The notes under the pieces: generated by a model | What the model saw: the letters and a program-made list of their open reading frames with translations, nothing else | Databases searched by the model: none | What the model was told of the DNA's origin: nothing | In this document: positions 30,783-39,149 of the stretch, piece by piece | How positions within the stretch are numbered: the first letter of the stretch is position 1 | How the letters are laid out: the number at the start of each line of letters is the position of its first letter | Position numbers and translations under genes: made by a program | Sequence record: MG748548 | Reading direction: 5' to 3' (one strand) | DNA from: Escherichia phage EP335 | DNA length: 64,000 nucleotides

Positions 30783-30790
30783 ACAAGAAA

Positions 30791-30825
30791 AGCCCCAACC
30801 GAAAGGAAGGGGCTTTATTTTTATC
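30791..30825. terminator. bidirectional rho-independent terminator at convergence of + and - transcription units
   Basis: agcccc...ggggct stem flanked by T-runs on both strands (tttatttttat on +, tttcttgttt on -). Confidence 0.6.
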
Positions 30826-30885
30826 TAAATTTTAGAAACCATCAAATTCGTCATACATCCCAATTTTCTTCATTCATACAACCTC

Positions 30886-31140
30886 CTAGATTAAGTCGTA
30901 ATATTGAATAATATCTTTCAGAGCAAAGTCACGAATCTGATCTTTCTCTGTATCATAGGCTGTCATAATCCAGCAAGGATTCCCGTCATTGTGATAAACG
31001 GAAACACCAACTGAAGTTCGGATAGGAATAACGGCGCGGTCTGCAACCTCACCTCTCCAATTACGATAGCGAAAGCGAAGAATTTGTTTCGTAGAGACTG
31101 GAGCATCAGTTGTTTCCTTTTTTAAATTGTTTTCTAGCAT
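30886..31140 (-). CDS. hypothetical protein
   Basis: track ORF 30886..31254 overlaps HNH gene by 149 nt; internal ATG 31140 gives 84 aa with smaller overlap. Confidence 0.3.
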   Translation of the reverse strand: MLENNLKKETTDAPVSTKQILRFRYRNWRGEVADRAVIPIRTSVGVSVYHNDGNPCWIMTAYDTEKDQIRDFALKDIIQYYDLI

Positions 31141-31507
31141 TATTTTCTTCTTGAGTTTTAGTCTTGTGACAAGGTTCTTTACAAAGCACTTGGAATCCGT
31201 GTTTCTCAACAAGTGCTCTCTGAATAATTTCATCCCAAGTAGCTTCATGGTCAATAGGGACCAGAGGTTCTATATGGTCAATAGCCATTTCTTTAACAGG
31301 GTGATCGTTGCCACACATAGCACATTGATAGTGCATTGCCAGCTTCCCTGTCTTGGGGTTTATCTTGCGTTCTGTTTGAGCATCTTTAAGAGCATCGAAC
31401 ATAGGCTTCCACTTCCTAGTCAGAGAACGAATCCCTGACTTGATGAAGGAATTGTATCGAGCTTCTGTCCAAGTGCCACTACAGCGAGTCTTCTCAACCT
31501 TCGCCAT
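31106..31507 (-). CDS. HNH endonuclease
   Basis: Cys/His motif HYQCAMCGNDHPVKEMAIDHIEP...H typical of HNH nucleases. Confidence 0.65.
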   Translation of the reverse strand: MAKVEKTRCSGTWTEARYNSFIKSGIRSLTRKWKPMFDALKDAQTERKINPKTGKLAMHYQCAMCGNDHPVKEMAIDHIEPLVPIDHEATWDEIIQRALVEKHGFQVLCKEPCHKTKTQEENNARKQFKKGNN

Positions 31508-31688
31508 AACCTACATCCATATCATCCTCCTGCCAGACTCGTTTGTTAACACGGTGACTAACCTTGTCAGCTTTAGGGATACGACCAGTACGTTGATCAA
31601 ACAGTTGGTGTTTAATCTTCTGATCTTTACGAGTTTCACGGTTAGGTGAAGTTTCATCATAAGTACGGTAGTTGAATTTATTACCCAT
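31494..31688 (-). CDS. small basic protein
   Basis: internal ATG 31688 with aagga RBS; K/R-rich 64 aa. Confidence 0.3.
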   Translation of the reverse strand: MGNKFNYRTYDETSPNRETRKDQKIKHQLFDQRTGRIPKADKVSHRVNKRVWQEDDMDVGYGEG

Positions 31689-32520
31689 TATCAATATCCT
31701 TATTCCAAATTTTATCAAGCCATGACCACTCGAAGAGGTCTTCTGGTGTTTGACCTACGAATAGGAGACGAGCATTCTCAAGCATCTTCTCTTCCCATTC
31801 TGTATCAAACTTCTTATAATATTCCATTCGCACTATATGATAAAGAGTCCACTTATCACTTACACCTTGTAAAAGGTTGATAGCGGCTTTCTTTCCAACC
31901 CCTTGACGACGGAGTTGTAACTTACCTCCCCACATAACTTCCTCACGTTCGCCACAACCGGGAATGTTATCTGTTCCATCACCAATGAGCATTTGATAAA
32001 AGAAGTTTTGCCAAGCAACCTCATCTGATACATAGTGAGGAGGAACCTCTTTCTGCCTTTCTCCACATGCCCACCGATAATGCCAACCGGGAGTTATCAG
32101 TAAATCTTTGTCTCGTGTACAGATGATGGTGTTCTTGTCAGTTCGCTGCCTTTCTGCTAATGCGTCATCAGCCTCTCTTCCGTAAACATCTATATACTCA
32201 TAATTGTTTTTAATGTAATCACCAACGTTCTGCCAGTGGAAAGGTCTTTCTCCCGGAGGTCGGTTGGCTTTGTATCCTTGCTGCTTTGCTACATCAAAAC
32301 GGAAGTTACCGCCTTCACTGAAATAGAAGACTGTCTTTCGACAGCCAGCGCGAGCAATGATTGTATCAAGTTTGTTTTGAAGTCGTTCAATTAGAAATCC
32401 ATAATCTACTGGTGTACGTCCTGTATCTAGGAAAGGATGCTCCTGAGTCAGAGCACCCACTTCGTATCGGAGAACATCAGCATCCACTAAAGCTACTTCA
32501 GGATACTTAACGTCTTCCAT
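31681..32520 (-). CDS. 5'-3' exonuclease / flap endonuclease (FEN-like)
   Basis: motifs VDADVLRY, YKANR, GREADDALA, DKDLLI, LIGDGTDNIPG. Confidence 0.8.
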   Translation of the reverse strand: MEDVKYPEVALVDADVLRYEVGALTQEHPFLDTGRTPVDYGFLIERLQNKLDTIIARAGCRKTVFYFSEGGNFRFDVAKQQGYKANRPPGERPFHWQNVGDYIKNNYEYIDVYGREADDALAERQRTDKNTIICTRDKDLLITPGWHYRWACGERQKEVPPHYVSDEVAWQNFFYQMLIGDGTDNIPGCGEREEVMWGGKLQLRRQGVGKKAAINLLQGVSDKWTLYHIVRMEYYKKFDTEWEEKMLENARLLFVGQTPEDLFEWSWLDKIWNKDIDNG

Positions 32521-32521
32521 A

Positions 32522-33113
32522 TTACTCCCCTAAAAGTTTACGAACTTCTTTCTTGAATGTTTCATACTCTTCAGGGTATTCAAACCCACACTCTAGCATT
32601 GCGTAGTGAACAACCTTAAGCAAGTCTTGAACCTTGTTCTTATCTTTGTGACGATAAGCATACTTAATCATGTTGCATTGCTGGAAATTGAGCTGAGGGT
32701 TATTTGCATAGAACATACTTAATCATGTTGCATTGCTGGAAATTGAGCTGAGGGTTATTTGCATAGAACTCAATAGGTTGAATTTTCTTAGAGTCAGGGT
32801 CGTAGTGAGCACCACCAACCATAACATCTAGTGCTGGACTTCTTTTGCTGGTTTGTTCAGTTGTATTCTTAAAACTGACCACAGGAACAGAAGAGTAAAC
32901 TATATACTCTTCCCCTACTGGTGGTTTTACTCTTAGTCCACGCATGGCATATTCAATCTTTATGTCAGCGGAACCTGAAGCGACCTCTTCAATAGATTTT
33001 CGATAGCTGTCAATAACTGCTCTTAGCATAGAGATTGTTTTGGTCATATCTTTTACTTTCTCATTCAGTACAACAATCTCTGATTCTTTGAAATCGAACA
33101 AATTCATTTCCAC
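32522..33113 (-). pseudogene. DUF3310-like phage protein split into two ORFs by a frameshifting 55-bp tandem duplication
   Basis: ORFs 32700..33113 and 32522..32716 both encode FYANNPQLNFQQCNMIKY across the two repeat copies; joined reading gives ~178 aa with motif AHY...IQPIEF...NMIKY.YR...DLLK..HY. Confidence 0.5.
32659..32768. repeat. perfect tandem direct repeat, 2 x 55 bp
   Basis: 32659-32713 and 32714-32768 identical (catacttaatcatgttgcattgctggaaattgagctgagggttatttgcatagaa). Confidence 0.85.
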
Positions 33114-33496
33114 TCTCCAATGATTTCCATATCAAATTTATCTCCTTTCTTCGTAAGGAGTATTGCCGGTTTATCTTTACTTTTCATGTACTCAAACATA
33201 TGCAGAGAGCCTCTTGACTCTCCATCCCAGAAGACTATCGCTGAGTCAGCATACTCTCCCATGTCTACGTTTCGAAGGATACCAGCTTTCTTTCCTAAGG
33301 TTGTCCAAGAAGGGATAAACCTTTTAATACCAAGGCCGTTATGCTTAGCAATAACCTCTCCATGAGAGTCTGGCCCTTTTGCTCCCCCTGATACAACTTC
33401 AGTGAAGAGCTTAGGTATCTCTTTCGGGAGTAAATCCCACATCTGAATAAAAGAAGGCCAGTCAATAGACCGGCTTCCTGCTATAATCACTTTCAT
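33104..33496 (-). CDS. Rossmann-fold SLOG/LOG-like protein (putative nucleotide-binding)
   Basis: MKVIIAGSR..., VVSGGAKGPD..., FWDGESRGS pattern resembles SLOG/LOG-type folds; assignment from motif memory only. Confidence 0.35.
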   Translation of the reverse strand: MKVIIAGSRSIDWPSFIQMWDLLPKEIPKLFTEVVSGGAKGPDSHGEVIAKHNGLGIKRFIPSWTTLGKKAGILRNVDMGEYADSAIVFWDGESRGSLHMFEYMKSKDKPAILLTKKGDKFDMEIIGEWK

Positions 33497-33497
33497 A

Positions 33498-34139
33498 TTA
33501 AGACCCTTGGAATTCTTCCTTGTCGAAGTGCTTCTCTACCACATACTCATACAGATCTTTATACTCTGCATAACGCCGATAGAAAGTCCCGTGTGAGATG
33601 CCTAGCTCTTTCTGAATAGAATCATGAGGGATACCTAAGAAGAGCATTGAGAACATGCTTGCGAGCTTCTGTGTGTCCATTGTATCACTCAAATCTTGGA
33701 AGAAGTAGAAGATACGAGATTCCATGAAAGGGTCCCCAACTGAATCATGCTTATTAACTGCATATTCCAGAGGACCTTCTGAGTAAATGTCAGGGTTGTT
33801 AAACATATCTGCTTCTGGAATAGCATAGATACGTCGATCACCAACTGTCTGTCGATTAGAACGGATAGACCAGATGATATTCTTCACACGATAGGTCATG
33901 TGCTCAATCTCTACTTCACCTTCCAGTAGAAGCTCTTCTTGCTTGGAATAGATAAAACGCCAAACATTAAGCAACACCTCTTGAGCTACATCCTCTGCTT
34001 CATGATAGTCACGAATGTCATACATAAAGAATTTGTGAACCACTTTCCAGTTCACCTTATAGAACTCATCGAAGGTTGGGAAGTATTTGATTGGAATACC
34101 GTGAATACGATATCGAGTAGGTGTTGTTTTCTTAGCCAC
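33498..34139 (-). CDS. phage-encoded sigma factor (sigma-70/ECF-like)
   Basis: region-2-like [15 protein letters not shown] and region-4 HTH-like [16 protein letters not shown]. Confidence 0.6.
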   Translation of the reverse strand: MAKKTTPTRYRIHGIPIKYFPTFDEFYKVNWKVVHKFFMYDIRDYHEAEDVAQEVLLNVWRFIYSKQEELLLEGEVEIEHMTYRVKNIIWSIRSNRQTVGDRRIYAIPEADMFNNPDIYSEGPLEYAVNKHDSVGDPFMESRIFYFFQDLSDTMDTQKLASMFSMLFLGIPHDSIQKELGISHGTFYRRYAEYKDLYEYVVEKHFDKEEFQGS

Positions 34140-34169
34140 AAGTTATCCTTAACTTTGTTGGTTTTAAAT

Positions 34170-34376
34170 TTATACGCTGATCAAGTAAATAGCTGTTTCT
34201 GGGTTTGGTGTGTGTTGTTGTGGTGTTCCGGGGATACGAATCCACTCATCGTTTTCTGGTTCGTAATACAACCAAGCATCTGTGAATTTGAAAGTTCTTC
34301 CAAACACTTTATTATCATGTTCCCAAATTACGTGAACATTCCTAGTATCAGGTAATACTGTTTGCGCTCTAATCAT
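34170..34376 (-). CDS. hypothetical protein
   Basis: ORF track 68 aa. Confidence 0.4.
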   Translation of the reverse strand: MIRAQTVLPDTRNVHVIWEHDNKVFGRTFKFTDAWLYYEPENDEWIRIPGTPQQHTPNPETAIYLISV

Positions 34377-34633
34377 TGGATACCTCTTTCTTTTAGAGCC
34401 TCTATTAACCCGTTGTGGTTAGCAGCACACTCTGTATATTGGTCTTGATACCACTCTAGTGTCGTTGATAGTGCAACACCTTGTGGGCCTTCTAGCATCG
34501 GTAAATCTACCCTACACTCAGCTTTTAGGTTTGCTGGTAAGGGCATTAATTGCCTGCTGTTGTCGCTCATTGAACAGCTTGACGTACTTATCACTAGCGC
34601 AAACATTATAAAAAACTGGCTTAGTCTTTTCAT
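34373..34633 (-). CDS. o-spanin candidate (Rz1-like lipoprotein), overlapping i-spanin gene in another frame
   Basis: signal peptide ending ...ALVISTSSC (Cys20), Pro-rich mature part; 5' end embedded in 3' end of upstream gene. Confidence 0.45.
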   Translation of the reverse strand: MKRLSQFFIMFALVISTSSCSMSDNSRQLMPLPANLKAECRVDLPMLEGPQGVALSTTLEWYQDQYTECAANHNGLIEALKERGIQ

Positions 34634-34868
34634 AGTGCATCTCTTTGTAAACTGTCTCAGTGTTCTTCTTCCAATCTGATAGACCGTTGAGAACTCTCAT
34701 AGCAACCTCATCAGCTGCTTTGTTTCTCTCTATCTCTAATTCTTGCTGATGTTTCTCTTTGTCCAGATTATTACTATCTGTTTGATATTCGTTAAACTTC
34801 ATACCACCAAAGAACACAAGAGCTGAAAAGACGATGAACCCTAAGTTATCACTTAACGTGTTTTGCAT
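34518..34868 (-). CDS. i-spanin candidate (Rz-like)
   Basis: ATG 34868 with ggaga RBS; N-terminal TM segment LGFIVFSALVFFGG then charged coiled-coil periplasmic domain. Confidence 0.5.
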   Translation of the reverse strand: MQNTLSDNLGFIVFSALVFFGGMKFNEYQTDSNNLDKEKHQQELEIERNKAADEVAMRVLNGLSDWKKNTETVYKEMHYEKTKPVFYNVCASDKYVKLFNERQQQAINALTSKPKS

Positions 34869-34880
34869 ATTATCTCCAAC

Positions 34881-34903
34881 GAAAAAAGCCACCCGAAGGT
34901 GGC
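34881..34903 (-). terminator. rho-independent terminator (UUCG tetraloop) on minus strand
   Basis: minus-strand gccacc-ttcg-ggtggc followed by ttttttc, immediately downstream of gene ending 34927. Confidence 0.45.
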
Positions 34904-34926
34904 TAAACTATTACAAGGAGAGATAC

Positions 34927-35667
34927 TTAGAATGGAGATTCGTCTTCTTCAAAAGTAGACTCAGGCTCACGATCGATAGTAGGGATAGAAGCAACCGGCT
35001 CTTTCTGCTCGTTCTCAGAAGCCTTAGTGACTTCACGACCAGCGAGAGGAATGTTCTTAGCGTCATTAGCTTGGGTAAGCAGGTTACGCTGGAATGGGAA
35101 GATTACCTGATAAGCAGCTACGTTATCATCTGTTTCAGCATACGGTTCGAAGAAGACCAGAGGACTGCGAGCAGCAGCAACAGCTTCACGATACTTGGTA
35201 GGAATCGGAGTAATCTGTTTGATAGAGTTCTTAACTTCACCAGCTTTGTTGGTGTAAGAGTTGATTAGAACGTTTACAGGCTGACCTAACAGCATTTCTT
35301 TAAACCAAGCCAAATCACCTTTCAGTGCTTGGATGCTAGGGTCAACCATCTTAATTAGGTTGAGAATACCAGAGTTCTTAGCTCGTGGGTTTACATCGAA
35401 GCTCTTAAACTGACATGCAGGGCGCGGGTCAAGAGCATTGCCTTCAGAGTCCTTACCGGTTGCATCAACACCAATCAGCTCAAACGCCAAGTCCATACGG
35501 AAAGCTGGGTTCTTAGGAGTAACTGCTTTAGTCTTAGGGTCAACCCAAGGGTCACGATTGTGAACACCAAGACCAACAACACGAACGATACGAGCTTCGT
35601 ACTCACCATCAGGGATTACGTCGTAGTTGGATTTACGGGAAACGGACATAGTTGGGATAGAAGACAT
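34927..35667 (-). CDS. single-stranded DNA-binding protein (putative)
   Basis: 246 aa with acidic C-terminal tail ending EEDESPF, characteristic of SSB C-termini; located in replication block. Confidence 0.45.
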   Translation of the reverse strand: MSSIPTMSVSRKSNYDVIPDGEYEARIVRVVGLGVHNRDPWVDPKTKAVTPKNPAFRMDLAFELIGVDATGKDSEGNALDPRPACQFKSFDVNPRAKNSGILNLIKMVDPSIQALKGDLAWFKEMLLGQPVNVLINSYTNKAGEVKNSIKQITPIPTKYREAVAAARSPLVFFEPYAETDDNVAAYQVIFPFQRNLLTQANDAKNIPLAGREVTKASENEQKEPVASIPTIDREPESTFEEDESPF

Positions 35668-35721
35668 ATTTTAATTTCCTTATTTAATTTAAGATTGTTG
35701 CTCACTTTGAGCGGTTATGTA

Positions 35722-35736
35722 TAGTATACATTACAC
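35722..35736 (-). promoter_or_regulatory. promoter-like motif GTGTAATGTATAC (minus orientation)
   Basis: reverse complement of 35722-35736; in 415-bp AT-rich intergenic region upstream of minus-strand gene starting 35667. Confidence 0.3.
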
Positions 35737-35981
35737 CTATACCGATAAGGGTGCTATATAGTATAAGCAGTAGTGGTAGTAGATATTGACTACTAGTAAT
35801 GTATATATTGTATAGATGATAATTCTATTGCAGGCTTGTATATTGGGCAATTCTCAGAATCCCTTGCAAGTACCGAAGGGCAGGAGACACCTGCGAGATA
35901 AAAATAGAGAATTAAGGAATCCTTGATTTAGGTTGTAGGGACTCCTAGGGACTTTGATTCTCTATTTAAAAGAAATATTAA

Positions 35982-36089
35982 TTACTTACTACCTAAATAG
36001 TTAACTAACTTACTTAAAACCTTTTCAATAAGAATTGCTAAAAGGATAATTCCTAAGAAAGCTAATAAGAGAAAGGCATAAGTTACCAT
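35982..36089 (-). CDS. unannotated 35-aa single-TM peptide
   Basis: MVTYAFLLLAFLGIILLAILIEKVLSKLVNYLGSK; ATG 36089 overlaps stop of upstream ORF; ggaatgatgga upstream. Confidence 0.3.
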   Translation of the reverse strand: MVTYAFLLLAFLGIILLAILIEKVLSKLVNYLGSK

Positions 36090-36334
36090 TCCATCATTCC
36101 TTTTAATCTAGATTCTTCTACTATTCGCTGATAGAGTAAGTTAGACTCAGCTTGATCTTTTAACATTTTACTGTATTGATCTCTGAGACTATCTTTATAA
36201 ACAACAGGTGGTTTAAATAGTGATGATACTTTGTTCTTTTCTTCTTTCATCAAAAGTCTTCCTAATCTCTTGCAGAGATACAGCTTTAAAGTTGATTTGT
36301 TCCATCGAGGTACAGAAGTATCTCCAATCATCAA
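36083..36334 (-). CDS. hypothetical protein (true start probably internal)
   Basis: track ORF overlaps 3' end of phosphoesterase gene by 120 nt in another frame. Confidence 0.25.
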   Translation of the reverse strand: MMIGDTSVPRWNKSTLKLYLCKRLGRLLMKEEKNKVSSLFKPPVVYKDSLRDQYSKMLKDQAESNLLYQRIVEESRLKGMMEW

Positions 36335-36719
36335 TCACATGATTGTGAGTATGAGCATAGATGTTGAACTTCCCTCTCATTTCATCAGCGTGAATGGGAA
36401 TGTGAGTCACCCAAAACTCTTTGTACTTGAAGTCACCTGATACAGTTCTGAACACTTTCATAATCTGTGGTAACAAATCCAGTCTGTCATGATTCCCTAA
36501 GACAAGATGCTTCTCGCCTTTAATCTCATAGATGATATCCAGTGCATATGGTTCAAACACCCAATCACCAGTGAAGAAAGTCTTATCTCGTTTAGTCACA
36601 TGGTCAAACGCTGAAAGAACTGCTTTATCGTGCTCTTCAATACTACCAAACTGTTTACGAAACTTGCAGATATTACGATGACCTAAGTGACCATCTCCTG
36701 CGAAATATACTTCAGCCAT
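36213..36719 (-). CDS. calcineurin-like metallophosphoesterase (Ser/Thr phosphatase-like)
   Basis: motifs GDGHLG, TGDWV, LGNHD, HTHNH. Confidence 0.7.
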   Translation of the reverse strand: MAEVYFAGDGHLGHRNICKFRKQFGSIEEHDKAVLSAFDHVTKRDKTFFTGDWVFEPYALDIIYEIKGEKHLVLGNHDRLDLLPQIMKVFRTVSGDFKYKEFWVTHIPIHADEMRGKFNIYAHTHNHVIDDWRYFCTSMEQINFKAVSLQEIRKTFDERRKEQSIITI

Positions 36720-36728
36720 AAAGACCTC

Positions 36729-36929
36729 TTAGATTGTGCAACCATCACACACGAAATCCCCACTCAGGGATTCTTGTAATAAACGACTTTGTTCATCAGA
36801 GACTAACTGATTAACAACTTTCTGTAACTCTAACAGTTGATCAAAATCTATATATCCCCCTTCCTCAAGAACGTTAGTTTCAATCCCCCATAAAGGTGAT
36901 GGCATGTTTCTGCTTGCATTAAAAATCAT
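36729..36929 (-). CDS. hypothetical protein
   Basis: track ORF starts at TTG 36950; internal ATG 36929 has aaggaaa RBS. Confidence 0.35.
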   Translation of the reverse strand: MIFNASRNMPSPLWGIETNVLEEGGYIDFDQLLELQKVVNQLVSDEQSRLLQESLSGDFVCDGCTI

Positions 36930-36940
36930 CGTATGTTTCC

Positions 36941-37084
36941 TTATGTCCAAGATTTAGCTTTTACTTCAACGTAGGTTTTAACTTCACCTTTCAGAACCTC
37001 TTGAGAAGCGATAGCGCTTTCTTCAGAGTGGTGTACAACAGTAATTACTTTCTTCCCAATCTTATAAGTATGAACCCAAATCAT
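36941..37084 (-). CDS. unannotated small ORF, 47 aa
   Basis: ATG 37084 overlaps TGA of upstream gene (ATGA); translated by eye MIWVHTYKIGKKVITVVHHSEE... Confidence 0.3.
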   Translation of the reverse strand: MIWVHTYKIGKKVITVVHHSEESAIASQEVLKGEVKTYVEVKAKSWT

Positions 37085-37287
37085 TTAACTTCCTCAATAT
37101 CAACTAGTTCAAAACTTCCTATTTCTTCAAGCTGGATAATCTCTTTAACCTTCTCAACAGCTTTAATAGGGTTTTCTTCTTCTACAACTTTACACCCTGA
37201 CACTTCGAGACTGCCTGTTCCACGAAGGTATAGATTTAACTTATAGATCACTTTGTAATATTTCATCGTATTCCCAATTTCTTTCAT
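37081..37287 (-). CDS. hypothetical protein
   Basis: ORF track 68 aa. Confidence 0.35.
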   Translation of the reverse strand: MKEIGNTMKYYKVIYKLNLYLRGTGSLEVSGCKVVEEENPIKAVEKVKEIIQLEEIGSFELVDIEEVK

Positions 37288-37420
37288 AATATCCAGAGTT
37301 GTAGTTTAGGGCGCATTTCTCAGCCTCTTCTATGTCATCTGTGTTTAGGATATTAACCCAACCACCAACTTCATCAAAACCCTCTTCTTCTTCATTAAAC
37401 CATACGCTGTATTTCTTCAT
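37241..37420 (-). CDS. small acidic protein
   Basis: ATG 37420 (track start 37441 is TTG); D/E-rich MKKYSVWFNEEEEGFDE... Confidence 0.35.
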   Translation of the reverse strand: MKKYSVWFNEEEEGFDEVGGWVNILNTDDIEEAEKCALNYNSGYYERNWEYDEILQSDL

Positions 37421-37596
37421 CTTGATAAGACTCTTCCCCAATCCTTGATGTAACAGCGACCATCAACCCACTTGGTCTCTGATTTAAACTCTTGAGAGAT
37501 TCTTGTTTCACAGTCTTCTTTACTGTAATCACCAAGCATCTCCATCACACAAATAAACAGAGCTATACCAATGGCCCACAGAATTAATTTCTTCAT
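37417..37596 (-). CDS. unannotated small membrane protein, 59 aa
   Basis: MKKLILWAIGIALFICVMEM... N-terminal TM; ATGA overlaps at both ends (37593-37596 and 37417-37420). Confidence 0.35.
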   Translation of the reverse strand: MKKLILWAIGIALFICVMEMLGDYSKEDCETRISQEFKSETKWVDGRCYIKDWGRVLSR

Positions 37597-37985
37597 CGAA
37601 TCACCAAAGGCTCATCAGAATACACAGGAGCTGCTATTTCTACAGGAGGTGCTGCTCTGAGGTCATTAAGTCTTACACCTTTTAGCATTCCATCTAGATG
37701 GTCCATTTTAGGAATTCCAACAGGGAAGTCGTCAATCCAAATATCTACAAAGAAACCAAGCTGACGACACACATCATCCTTCTGTACGCCGTTACAAAAG
37801 ATAATAGGAATCTGCAAGCACTCTGCATCAATCTTAATGTCGTGGTTGTCGTACCCATTAGGCTCTGCAAAGCGATAAGTTACGAATCGTACATCATAAC
37901 CCTTCGACTGCATTAATGCTACCACAGAACGCCACAACTCTTTATCAGAGGTGTAGGTATCATCGTAATCTAAACCAATGTTCAT
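37593..37985 (-). CDS. HAD-like phosphatase/nucleotidase (putative)
   Basis: N-terminal DxDxT-like motif IGLDYDDTYT and later DIWIDD. Confidence 0.35.
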   Translation of the reverse strand: MNIGLDYDDTYTSDKELWRSVVALMQSKGYDVRFVTYRFAEPNGYDNHDIKIDAECLQIPIIFCNGVQKDDVCRQLGFFVDIWIDDFPVGIPKMDHLDGMLKGVRLNDLRAAPPVEIAAPVYSDEPLVIR

Positions 37986-37997
37986 ATCTAATCCTTA

Positions 37998-38026
37998 GAC
38001 AAGAAAAGCCGCCCGAAGGCAGCTTT
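37998..38026 (-). terminator. rho-independent terminator (UUCG tetraloop); 27-nt copy of terminator at 9137
   Basis: minus-strand aagctgccttcgggcggcttttcttgt identical to plus-strand 9136-9162. Confidence 0.5.
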
Positions 38027-38031
38027 TTAGT

Positions 38032-38229
38032 TTATGCTTCTTGTTCTTCTGGCTCTTCAGCATTCAGCTGTTCCAGCCGATCATTCTCAATACTCAGATC
38101 GATAACTACACCAGTAAGCTCTACTACAGCCTGACGCAGTGCATCTTTACCCATCGAGTTAACTTGGGTCAGGAAGAATGCTTTACCTTCTTCGGTGGAT
38201 AGGGTTTCTTTAAGTTCAATAGGGGTCAT
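38032..38229 (-). CDS. small acidic protein
   Basis: ORF track 65 aa, E-rich C-terminus. Confidence 0.4.
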   Translation of the reverse strand: MTPIELKETLSTEEGKAFFLTQVNSMGKDALRQAVVELTGVVIDLSIENDRLEQLNAEEPEEQEA

Positions 38230-38576
38230 TTATTATCTCTCATAAATTCGGGTTACTGTACCACCCGCAGCTTCTACTTGAGCTACGAATGAATCACGCT
38301 CTTCGTCTGTATAAACCAGCTCATTCAGGAACGTCCCTTCAGAGTCTTGGTACAGGATGTTCCACTTAGGCAGGGGCTTACGAATCAAGTCCATCATTCT
38401 TTATCCTCCCGTTCTTTCCACAGTTGGGCTAGTTCTAAATAATACTCAGCTTCTTCAGTGCGTCCTTGTTCTTTACAGACACTGTACTGACGGAAGCACC
38501 AATCTGAAGGTTGCTCTTCCACTTCCTTGTCTCCTTGAGAAGTAATCAATAAGACTACTTCATTTGTTTTTCCAAT

Positions 38577-38768
38577 TCACTCTGCCATTTGAGGAATCTC
38601 TAGATGCTTTATAGAGAAACTTTTATTTGGGAAAGTCTTTATTAGCCAAGCTGCTTCTTGGATAGCTTTGTTTTCTTTCTCGTAAATACAAAGCCTAGCA
38701 TCCAAGGAAACAATTCTCCCGGTTTCACTGACGACTACCCATGTTTTATATGTGTAAGTAGGTGTCAT
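38577..38768 (-). CDS. hypothetical protein
   Basis: ORF track 63 aa. Confidence 0.4.
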   Translation of the reverse strand: MTPTYTYKTWVVVSETGRIVSLDARLCIYEKENKAIQEAAWLIKTFPNKSFSIKHLEIPQMAE

Positions 38769-39140
38769 TTATTTCTCCAACACTGAGATACTGTACCAAT
38801 TGTGTAAGGTTTTTCTAACCCAAGCAATGCGTTTAGGGTTTTTGTGATGAGAGCCTGTGTAACGTTCTCTGTGGTATGTGTCACAACCGAAAGGGTATAC
38901 CGGGTCCTCAAACCCTTCGTGTTCAAACATATACGTCAGGTCATTAAAGTCTATATGTTTTGTGAAGAAGTAATAGCTTTTATAACAACGGTAGTTGAAA
39001 CACAAACCGTGCTCAGGACTGAACCATTTTGGGTATTCGTCTGTCTGAGAGATGTTATAATACTGGAGGAGGAAATCCTCCATCCCCCTTTCTTTGGCAA
39101 TACATCTTAGTGTTCGGTACATAATGTTACTCTGCTTCAT
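38769..39140 (-). CDS. hypothetical Cys/aromatic-rich protein
   Basis: ORF track 123 aa. Confidence 0.45.
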   Translation of the reverse strand: MKQSNIMYRTLRCIAKERGMEDFLLQYYNISQTDEYPKWFSPEHGLCFNYRCYKSYYFFTKHIDFNDLTYMFEHEGFEDPVYPFGCDTYHRERYTGSHHKNPKRIAWVRKTLHNWYSISVLEK

Positions 39141-39149
39141 TGTGAATTC

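Noticed and set aside
35841-35900. Possible tRNA gene in intergenic regions (35.7-36.1 kb and 61.5-61.7 kb)
   Set aside because: No GTTCGAATC-type T-loop or cloverleaf arrangement was recognisable by eye; a tRNA cannot be excluded without tRNAscan-type analysis, but none is supported.
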